64,000 nucleotides of DNA from a virus (IMGVR_UViG_3300031867_004305:32001-96000), one strand, 5' to 3'. Numbered from the stretch's first letter, positions 40,588 through 48,512 are shown. The notes: generated from the letters alone by a model not told the origin. Program-made: numbers and translations.

Positions 40588-40691
40588 TTAACCATTCCTT
40601 AACATTGGCCGGCCCACCATTTAACACAATCTTAACTTGACTTCCGCGTGCGAATCGTGTATAATTATATCAGAAAGTGAGGAATGCCATT

Positions 40692-40847
40692 ATGTTAGCG
40701 TTTAGCATTATTATTTTCATTTGGGGACTGTCGGGAATTTGTGGGTTGATAAATTGTAAAAAAGAAAGGATAATTTGGGAACTCTTAATTTTTGGAATTA
40801 TGATTCCTTTTCTACCTGTTTTTGCTAAACTATGTGGTTTAATATAA
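40692..40847 (+). CDS. Two-TM micro membrane protein
   Basis: Manual translation MLAFSIIIFIWGLSGICGLINCKKERIIWELLIFGIMIPFLPVFAKLCGLI. Confidence 0.6.
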   Translation: MLAFSIIIFIWGLSGICGLINCKKERIIWELLIFGIMIPFLPVFAKLCGLI

Positions 40848-40908
40848 ACTTAACTTGACTTTTATTTCCCTATCTGTTATAATAATTCCAGAAAGTGAGG
40901 AAACGCAA

Positions 40909-41049
40909 ATGGAAAAGAAAAATCAGAACCGCGAAACTTGGGTCGGCTATCGCCCCTCCGTCATTCCCGCGAAGAAGAAGAACAAGAAACGCGACCGCAA
41001 AGAAGGCAAGCAGATTTGCCGTAATGCTATGAAAGGAGAAAAGGATTAA
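40909..41049 (+). CDS. 46-aa basic peptide
   Basis: Promoter at 40855, SD; RPSVIPAKKKNKKRDRK. Confidence 0.6.
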   Translation: MEKKNQNRETWVGYRPSVIPAKKKNKKRDRKEGKQICRNAMKGEKD

Positions 41050-41762
41050 TGAGCTTTTGGAAAAAACAAGAATATTGGTATATTATTGATGAAAAATTTT
41101 TCGGATATAACCCTTATTGGTGGGGCGGTTGTGCGGTTGATAATAATTTAAATGGAAATAATAAAGGACTATATAGAACAATATGTCGCGTAGCAAAAAA
41201 TAAAAAACGTAAATCTCGCATAATAGAAAGGAAAATAAAAAATGCGAACCAATCTTGAAATCGCCGCCGAACTTATCGCCGCGGACGTCCGTAATCTCAA
41301 TAATATTGAGGAATATTGTGGCTATCCCGATTTCAATCGGCTTGATGGTATTGAACGCGACAAACTTTCTAAAATGGTTGATGAACTATTAATCATTATC
41401 TATCGGCGGCAAAACCGCCAGCGAATGGAATGGGAGAATAGTTAGTTCTCCCTAACTCCGCCCGGCCCGAGATTTAACAAACTTTTTACTTGACTTTTCC
41501 TGGATTTTGTGTTATAATAATTATAGAAAGTGAAAGGAGAAAGTCAAATGATTATTAACATCACTATTGACACCGATAACAATTTTGTTTGGGCAGTAGA
41601 TGAAAATCAGGAAACCAGCATTGACTATTCCGCGTGTGATCTTTCCGCAATATCCGTAGAAGAAATTATTAACGATTTCTTAACTTGACTTCTCCCGTCG
41701 AATCTGCTATACTATATCCAGAAGGTGAAGGAAAACACCACAAACCAGAAAGGATAACGCCC

Positions 41763-42167
41763 ATGAGTAAGGCTTCTCTTGAAACTGAAATCCGCAACAA
41801 CGTTCTCCAGACCATCATTGACGCCGTGAATCCCATCAGCGACATTCTCCCGATTAGTGCCAGCGAACTCGCTCTCCCCATCGTTGACAGCGAGGGCAAC
41901 GAAAAGTTTGCCGTTATCAAAGTCAGCATTCCTCGCGGTGAGCGTGACGGCAACGGCGGTTACATCCCCTTTGACGGTTACGCCGCCGCCGAGGATTGGA
42001 AACTGGTACTTGCGGATCGTGCCGATAAGGCGGCGAAACGCAAGGAAAAGGCGGAACGTGCCGAAAAGGAAAAGGAAAGGAAACGACAGGCACGCAAGGT
42101 TGTAAAAGACCTTAACACGGTGGGCTTTAAGGCTCTCGTGTCCCAGCCGATTAATGAGGGTGAGTAA
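41763..42167 (+). CDS. Paralog family A protein
   Basis: Alignment by eye; leader motif. Confidence 0.75.
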   Translation: MSKASLETEIRNNVLQTIIDAVNPISDILPISASELALPIVDSEGNEKFAVIKVSIPRGERDGNGGYIPFDGYAAAEDWKLVLADRADKAAKRKEKAERAEKEKERKRQARKVVKDLNTVGFKALVSQPINEGE

Positions 42168-42278
42168 TCACCCTCTTTGTTATTTTTATGTTAATTTTCA
42201 GGCCGGCCCGCTTTGTTAAGATTGTGTTAAATACTCCTAGAACTACTTGACTTTGAGTGGAGATTCTGCTATACTAAT

Positions 42279-42339
42279 ATTGTTGAGAGGGCAAGAAAAC
42301 CTCAAGACAAAAGGGTGAAAGTCCCACCCCTCTCAACAA
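42279..42339 (+). ncRNA. Candidate short ncRNA, module 2
   Basis: Promoter at 42248; 12-bp closing stem TTGTTGAGAGGG/CCCTCTCAACAA. Confidence 0.55.
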
Positions 42340-42527
42340 AATCTTAACTTGACAAACTCCAAGATTTCTGCTATAATGATTACATCAGAGAGGGAAACGA
42401 GAGGTTCAAAGTTCGAGAGGTTCCGAGAGAACTTAACAGAGACTTAACTTGACAAACTACTCCCAATCTGATATAATAAAGACAAGAGAGGGGAAGGAAA
42501 ACCCCACAAACCAGAAAGGGAATCATT

Positions 42528-42923
42528 ATGAAGAACACCATGACTTATGCCGTCGCTCTGTCCACCGCTATCGAGACCATGAAGGACACCAATCCCGAAG
42601 TTGCGGAGCGTCTGACCGCTCTGCGTGCGACCCTTGCGAAGCGTTCCCAGCGTAGCGAGGATTCCAAGGCTAAGGCTTCTGCGAAGCGGAAACAGCAGAA
42701 CGCCGAGAAGCGTGCCGAGATGTGTGCGGAGATCGTGCCGATTCTGCGTGAGGTCATCACCACGGACATGACCGCGAAGGAAATCTTCGCCGTTGCTCAG
42801 GATCGTCTGCCGAAGGACTTCACCGCGAACAAGGTTCAGGCGATTCTCCTGCGTGAGATGAAGGACGAGGTTATCAAGACCGAGACCAAGGGCAAGGCGA
42901 ACACCTATCGCCTTGCGGAGTGA
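42528..42923 (+). CDS. Paralog family B protein
   Basis: TAKEIF...LPKDFTANKVQAILL...DEVIKTETKGKANTY. Confidence 0.75.
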   Translation: MKNTMTYAVALSTAIETMKDTNPEVAERLTALRATLAKRSQRSEDSKAKASAKRKQQNAEKRAEMCAEIVPILREVITTDMTAKEIFAVAQDRLPKDFTANKVQAILLREMKDEVIKTETKGKANTYRLAE

Positions 42924-43086
42924 TAGAAGGGGCTAACGCCCCTTCTTTTTTTTATGGCGAGTTAGCCAGGACTAACTCGGCCGGGTAATGTAAAATGTTT
43001 GTTAAGTAATCGCCCGGCCCGCGATTTAACATAATCTTTACACAGAAAAGTATTGACAACCAGCGGATTTTCTGCTATACTATTAT

Positions 43087-43174
43087 TGTCGGTGGGGGAA
43101 ACGGGAGCGCGCAGGCGCAAGCGCGTTGTGGTAATTAGAAACATGCAACAGTTGATCGGCCACCTAAAGCCGAC
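43087..43174 (+). ncRNA. Candidate GC-rich ncRNA, module 3
   Basis: Promoter at 43053; GTCGG/CCGAC closing stem; internal GCGCGC..GCGCGT hairpin; no ORF. Confidence 0.5.
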
Positions 43175-43230
43175 TTAACAAAATCTTAACTTGACATTAC
43201 AGCCTAAAAGTGCTATAATGAATACATCAA

Positions 43231-43349
43231 GGGGAGCGAACGTGGCATCAGGGGAGCCACCACGGTAAGTCGCAAGACGATTGCGTAGGCCACTTGCAAA
43301 AGAGGGTCGTCCCATGAGGGATGGAGTTCAATTCTCCCGCTCTCCACCA
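43231..43349 (+). ncRNA. tRNA-like RNA with alanine-type acceptor (G3:U70), extra arms and encoded CCA
   Basis: 5' GGGGAGCG pairs with CGCTCTCC, followed by A-CCA; T arm GGAG-TTCAATT-CTCC; promoter TTGACA-17-TATAAT at 43191. Confidence 0.7.
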
Positions 43350-43450
43350 GATTATAACAGAATCTTAACTTGACAAATAGTTGAGAATCTGATATAATAA
43401 ATACATCAAGAGGACAAGGAAAAGTCCTAAAAACCAGAAAGGGATTTACT

Positions 43451-43840
43451 ATGAAGAATACCATCACTCGCGTTGACGCTCTGAACTACGCTATCAATGC
43501 CATCGACCAGTGTACCGAAACCGATGTTGAGGTCGTCGCTATCCTCGAGAAGATTCGCGATCAGATCGCGAAGCCTCGCAAGACCAGCGACACCGCCAAG
43601 GCGAACGCCAAGGCGAAGCGTGCGAACGCTCGTGCGGAACTGATGAAGGATGTTCTGCCCATCCTGCGGGATGCTCTGACCGAGGGCGGTACCGCCAAGG
43701 AAATCTTTGAGCGGTGTGCCGATATGCTCCCCGAAGATTTCACCAGTGCCAAGGTACAGTACATTCTGCTTCACGAACTGGCGGACGAGGTCGTTAAGAC
43801 CGAAGCCAAGGGTAAGGCGAATGTCTACACCCTGCGGTAA
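43451..43840 (+). CDS. Paralog family B protein
   Basis: TAKEIFERC...LPEDFTSAKVQYILL...DEVVKTEAKGKANVY. Confidence 0.75.
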   Translation: MKNTITRVDALNYAINAIDQCTETDVEVVAILEKIRDQIAKPRKTSDTAKANAKAKRANARAELMKDVLPILRDALTEGGTAKEIFERCADMLPEDFTSAKVQYILLHELADEVVKTEAKGKANVYTLR

Positions 43841-43974
43841 AAACAGAGGGCGAAAGCCCTCTGTTAATTTTTTGTTAAAAATCGGGCCGGGCCGTTAGTT
43901 AACCAAATCTTTACTTGACTTCTATCAAAATTGGGAGTATAATAATTATAGAAAAAAGAAAGGGGATACCGATT

Positions 43975-44184
43975 ATGGCTATCAACATTCGTCACACTTA
44001 CAGCACTCACGTTGAGATTACTTTCTATGCTGAAGATGGCATTACCCTGCGTTGTCGTGATTGCGGACAGATGGACGACATCGCCGAGCAGGTTTGTGAA
44101 GTTCTGGTTAAGCACGACTTTGCTTATGCCGATATCTGCTCCGCCGAAACTGGCGAGGTTCTCATGGTGATTGAGCGGACTTAA
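43975..44184 (+). CDS. Hypothetical protein
   Basis: Own promoter at 43915, SD. Confidence 0.65.
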   Translation: MAINIRHTYSTHVEITFYAEDGITLRCRDCGQMDDIAEQVCEVLVKHDFAYADICSAETGEVLMVIERT

Positions 44185-44291
44185 CGTCCGCTTAACATCT
44201 TCGCCCGGCCCACCCATGTTAAGTTTCTGTAAACCTATTGACTTTTGATCGCGATTTATGGTATTATATATATGTCAGGAGGGAACAGGAA

Positions 44292-44471
44292 ATGTTAGAT
44301 AAAGCCATTAAATCAGGCAAAGAACATCGTAAACCTTATTACGATACACGACGTTTTGATTGTACTTGTCGCAATCATGGTTCTTGTGATTGGTGTAAAG
44401 CAAATCGACTTTACCAGATTACCAGAGAAAAAGACAAAGCAAACAACAAACTTAATGAATACTTTACTTGA
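44292..44471 (+). CDS. Small Cys/His-rich basic protein
   Basis: CTCRNHGSCDWC; own promoter at 44238. Confidence 0.65.
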   Translation: MLDKAIKSGKEHRKPYYDTRRFDCTCRNHGSCDWCKANRLYQITREKDKANNKLNEYFT

Positions 44472-44546
44472 CAAATCCCAAATCCTGTGCTATAATATAA
44501 TCAAGAAGTGAAGGAAAACACTTACAAACCAGAAAGGGTCTACACT

Positions 44547-44882
44547 ATGAAGATTTCCAAGGCTATCGTCGATTCCAACATCCGCACCGCTATCTTCAAT
44601 GCTCTGAACGTTGCCAACATCGAAGGATTCCACAAGATCAACGACCGCCAGTATGGTTGTATCGTTGAGGATGTCAACGGCGAACGTCGCTACGCTCGCG
44701 TGGGTGTCATCGTTGCCGAGGTCCGCGAGGACTGTACCGCCGATGAACTGATGGCGTCTGAGATCGCGGACTACAACGCGAAGCAGGAAGCCAAGGCGAA
44801 GCGTGCCGAGGAACGCAAGGCGAAAGCCGAGCGTGACAAGGCGAAGCGTGAAGCCACCAAGAAGGAAAAGGAAGGGGAGTAA
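44547..44882 (+). CDS. Paralog family A protein
   Basis: Ends KEKEGE like 36673; leader motif. Confidence 0.75.
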   Translation: MKISKAIVDSNIRTAIFNALNVANIEGFHKINDRQYGCIVEDVNGERRYARVGVIVAEVREDCTADELMASEIADYNAKQEAKAKRAEERKAKAERDKAKREATKKEKEGE

Positions 44883-45012
44883 TCCCCTTCCTCCCGAAGG
44901 TTAACTTCATGTTAATTTTCGGGCCGGGCCAGAACTTAATCAAATCTTAACTTGACATTTCATTCAAAGCGGAGTATACTATATACAGAAAGAAACGAAA
45001 GGGGACTTCACA

Positions 45013-45246
45013 GTGGGCGTTTACATCGTGACTACCAATTACTTCATGAATGGCTTCTTCGGCATTTACACCACTGTCAAGCGTGCGCGTATTGCGCTTG
45101 AACAGTACTTTGCGGATGACGATGATGTCGTTGCGTTTGAGGACGTAGACAATTACAGCTATACCTTCACCACTCGTAACGGCGCACAGTTCAGCGCGGA
45201 AATTATGTGGGCCGATATTGACGAAGAATTCAAGGAGGATGAATAA
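45013..45246 (+). CDS. Small acidic protein
   Basis: Promoter at 44952, GTG start after SD. Confidence 0.6.
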   Translation: MGVYIVTTNYFMNGFFGIYTTVKRARIALEQYFADDDDVVAFEDVDNYSYTFTTRNGAQFSAEIMWADIDEEFKEDE

Positions 45247-45249
45247 TTT

Positions 45250-45441
45250 ATGAAGTGTCCTAATTGCGGAAATGAAATCTACGCGATCGATACCCTTGAT
45301 AGTGATTGTTGCGGTGACTCTTATTTTGATCGCGTTGAAGGCACTTGCCCCAATTGCGGCAAATCATGGCGATGGATTGAGGTTTTCACCTTTGACCATT
45401 GTGAAAACATAGAAGAAATAAAAGAGGACGACCATCTTTGA
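45250..45441 (+). CDS. Zn-ribbon protein
   Basis: Two CPNCG motifs. Confidence 0.7.
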   Translation: MKCPNCGNEIYAIDTLDSDCCGDSYFDRVEGTCPNCGKSWRWIEVFTFDHCENIEEIKEDDHL

Positions 45442-45504
45442 TGGTCGTTAACTTTATGTTAAAAAAACGGGCCGGGCAACATCTTAACAAAAAATTAAAG
45501 TGGG

Positions 45505-45858
45505 CTATTCGCCCACTTTAACCCATTCCAATTTTATCCAATCATATTCATACAAACCTACTTCATCATGCGGTAATTCATAACCAAAATAAGAATCAAT
45601 CAATTCCATAGCTTCATGCGAAATAATTTTCTTTACACGAATTTTTTCGCATCTGTCGAAAGCATATTTAATAGCATCTAATCCTTGCTCTACTCCGTTT
45701 AAAAAAATCCAGATATACCCGCCATTTTTCCCAAAGAAATCATAAGCATTAAAAAACTCTTCCAACAGATCAAAAGCCTTGCCCTCATATTCTTCGCATT
45801 CTTCAAAGTTATCAAACTCAGTGTCATCATAAGCAACATAAGTAACAACTTCACGCAT
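45505..45858 (-). CDS. Acidic hypothetical protein (inverted cassette)
   Basis: Own minus-strand promoter near 45918, SD. Confidence 0.7.
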   Translation of the reverse strand: MREVVTYVAYDDTEFDNFEECEEYEGKAFDLLEEFFNAYDFFGKNGGYIWIFLNGVEQGLDAIKYAFDRCEKIRVKKIISHEAMELIDSYFGYELPHDEVGLYEYDWIKLEWVKVGE

Positions 45859-46591
45859 ACTCAGTATCTCCTTTCCTTTTCTACATATATAATATCATAA
45901 ACCCAACCCAAAGTCAAGTTAAATCCAGGTTAATAAACCGCCCGCCGCGAACTTTACATAAACTTTACACAAACTCTGTTGCTTCTTAACAGTCGAATAT
46001 GGTATTATATACATACAAAAGGAAAGGGGATTTCAAAAATGTTGAAGTTCATTATCATGCTCGCGGTTTCCATTTGGCTCACTTCCTCTCTGTTTATGCT
46101 GTTCTTTTGGGCGAATGCTTTCATCACTACCTTGCGGAAAGATGGTAAAATTTTCCTGATGCCGTTTGGTCAATTCCTCTATTTCCACTTCTGCCCTATT
46201 GTACATACTGTCAAGTGCTTTAAAATCATGCGACAAATGGCCGAATTGACGAAACGCGGAGTGTAAACTCCGCGTTAAGTTTTCGCCCGGGCAGTAATGT
46301 AAATTCTATGTTAAGGAATTACCCGGCCCGAAATTTAACAAAAAGTCAACATAAACCCTCGCACAGATTTAACATTACTATGGTATAATATCGGGGGAGG
46401 CACCAGTTAGCCTAAACTAACCGAGTTAGTTGTGGCTAACTAACTTTTTCGGGCTTCGGGCTTCCCCTCTTCAGTATAGCACACTTTGTGTTAAGAATCA
46501 AGCATTTTTGTGTTAAGTTTAGGTTAAGTTCACACTTTAGCATGGTAGCACTTTAGCATGGTAAAGTGGTAAATCCCTAAAGTCCTACTAT

Positions 46592-46898
46592 TTGACTATA
46601 GTATAAATTTATGTTATAATTATTTTAGAAAGGGAGGGTTATATTACACGGCAAGCTGGAAACGGGCCCGCGAGCTGGAAGCTGGACAAGCTGGATACGA
46701 GCTGGAAGCTGAATCACCGGCCAGCTGGAACCAACGCCACACGAGCTGGAAATTCCTGGCCAGGCTGGCGAGCTGGAAAGCTGATGCCAAGTATTTGACA
46801 AGCTGGAACTTTCTGGCCCGTTAGGAGCCATATAGAAGCTGGAATTTTTTAAAAAAAATATCCCATTCTAGTATAACATAAATTATTTATTTTGTCAA
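46592..46898. repeat. AGCTGG(AA) direct-repeat array between convergent sigmaA promoters
   Basis: About 10 perfect and 3 near-perfect copies at 46654-46843; TTGACT-17-TATAAT (+, 46592-46620) and TTGACA-17-TATACT (-, 46898-46870). Confidence 0.8.
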
Positions 46899-47016
46899 AT
46901 AAATAATTATTTTTTATTTTAAAATAAAATTTTTTTATTTATTAAAATAAATTAAAATAATTTAAAAATAATTAAAATACTTTTCTTTTGAGAAAATAAA
47001 AATTGGAGGTACGAAA

Positions 47017-47265
47017 ATGTATTACCGTGAAGTCATAAAACACCCTTTTGGCGAACATGTCGTAAGTGATTTTATTACATCTGACATATTAGGCATCGGG
47101 GCGAAAAATAAAAAACTTTATAAATGTTATTCTAATGAGCTGGTATACGATTGGGTGGAAAGCTGGGGAGAAAATATGACACCAGAAGATTTTCACTTTC
47201 ATTATATATTTGACACATCTAAATTTGATTGGTATATTAACTTAAAGGAGCATATAATAGAATGA
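47017..47265 (+). CDS. Hypothetical protein coupled to the helicase gene
   Basis: GGAGG SD; overlaps the next start. Confidence 0.6.
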   Translation: MYYREVIKHPFGEHVVSDFITSDILGIGAKNKKLYKCYSNELVYDWVESWGENMTPEDFHFHYIFDTSKFDWYINLKEHIIE

Positions 47266-48512
47266 AAGAAGGCTTACACCTATCCGACGCCCTGACCATA
47301 GAAAAACCACAATATCAACGCGGGCGTCTTAATCTTTTGGTAGCCCAGACTGGCCAGGGCAAAACAACCGCCGCAGTCCATACTATTCCAGAACAGCTTG
47401 GCATTCAGCCGCAACGTTGCCTCATCCTTATAGATACCACAATGGGAGAAGAAGAAAAAATAGCACTTGACGAATGTCAAATGTGGGGCGAGAAGCTGGA
47501 AAAGCCCTACATCCTCAATTATCAAAAATTCGCCGCAATGGTCAAACGGGGCGAAATCACAGCTTCAATGTTTGACTATATCGCGTGCGACGAAATTCAT
47601 AATCTAATAAAATACGTAAGAATAGACGAAGCAAATATCTGGCGTCGCAATCCAGAAAGTGATAGAGAAGTCATTTGTTTACTACTCGCACACGAGTCAC
47701 TTTCTTACGTGGCCATAGATACACTTCTCCACTGGGCAGAGCTACAAGGTATATGGTGGTTTGGTCTCACAGCCACCGCGGACAGCCTAGAAAAATGGCC
47801 ACGACTTAAATCTTACATCAATGAAATTCAAATTCAAGAACAGTTAATGGCCTATGAAGTATTCCAGAAATACTCCTACACCAATGTTCATACATTACTC
47901 GAATCTAACCCAGAAGTCAAACGCCTTATCTTCGCACCTACTATAGAACTCGCAGAACAATTCGCACACGAAATCGAAGAAAAAACAGGACGCAAAGTAA
48001 TGTGTCTTTGGTCACGCAGGTCTACCAAACAAATGTCTACTACTCAATTAACCACTATAGAACATCTCCAACACCAACATAGTTATCCAGATAATATAGA
48101 TGATATTATAGCCACAGAAGCCTATGCCACAGGCTGGAACCTAATAGATGATAACGTTCAAATCGTAATCGTTCATAGCGGAAACAAAGACATCCAGATA
48201 CAATTTCCAGGGCGTAAACGAGGTGACTGGCAAATACAATATAACTATGACAGTCAAGCTGCTATAAATGAAAAACGTGTTATTCGTAAGCAGCTGGCCA
48301 GAGAAGAAGTAGCTAACACAAAATGGAATTTACCCACTGAATATCTAGACAGACGATTAACTAAAAAAGATAAAGAACAACTTATTAAAGAAATAGGGTA
48401 CCCAAAGAAATGGACTTCACTTAAAAAAGATTTGGAACCATTCTATACAATTACACAAACTGGGACAGGAATAAACTACGGACATATAATTTCAGAAAAG
48501 TCAAATATTTGA
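47262..48512 (+). CDS. SF2 (DExH) helicase-like protein
   Basis: AQTGQGKT, CDEIH, LTAT, TEAYATGWN and QFPGRKR correspond to motifs I, II, III, V and VI. Confidence 0.85.
   Translation: MKEGLHLSDALTIEKPQYQRGRLNLLVAQTGQGKTTAAVHTIPEQLGIQPQRCLILIDTTMGEEEKIALDECQMWGEKLEKPYILNYQKFAAMVKRGEITASMFDYIACDEIHNLIKYVRIDEANIWRRNPESDREVICLLLAHESLSYVAIDTLLHWAELQGIWWFGLTATADSLEKWPRLKSYINEIQIQEQLMAYEVFQKYSYTNVHTLLESNPEVKRLIFAPTIELAEQFAHEIEEKTGRKVMCLWSRRSTKQMSTTQLTTIEHLQHQHSYPDNIDDIIATEAYATGWNLIDDNVQIVIVHSGNKDIQIQFPGRKRGDWQIQYNYDSQAAINEKRVIRKQLAREEVANTKWNLPTEYLDRRLTKKDKEQLIKEIGYPKKWTSLKKDLEPFYTITQTGTGINYGHIISEKSNI

Larger units (their letters stand above)
28070..46900. repeat. Promoter-cassette array: dispersed dyad spacer TGTTAA-N5-TGTTAA..GGCCGG..TTAACA-N5-TTAAC fused to sigmaA promoters
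   Basis: About 40 GGCCGG/CCGGCC-cored spacers and more than 40 TTGAC(A/T)-17bp-TA(T)AAT/TATACT promoters counted by eye (e.g. 33175, 33432, 34402, 36596, 38913, 40274, 42449, 43370, 44952; minus strand 29027, 30503, 37773, 45918). Confidence 0.9.

Noticed and set aside
43231-43349. Canonical tRNA or full tmRNA
   Set aside because: Too long, without proper D and anticodon stems for a standard tRNA; far too short, with no tag ORF, for tmRNA
33175-45979. TTG starts given for many array ORFs (33175, 34159, 34402, 35841, 40855, 41685, 43915, 44238, 45979)
   Set aside because: These TTGs are the -35 boxes; the real starts are downstream ATGs behind SD sequences
46625-46831. ORF across the AGCTGG repeats
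   Set aside because: Repeat-derived low-complexity translation with no convincing SD
28070-46900. Classical integron or IS/MITE family
   Set aside because: No integrase or transposase in the window, no attC-type structure or target-site duplications, and the cassettes carry their own promoters
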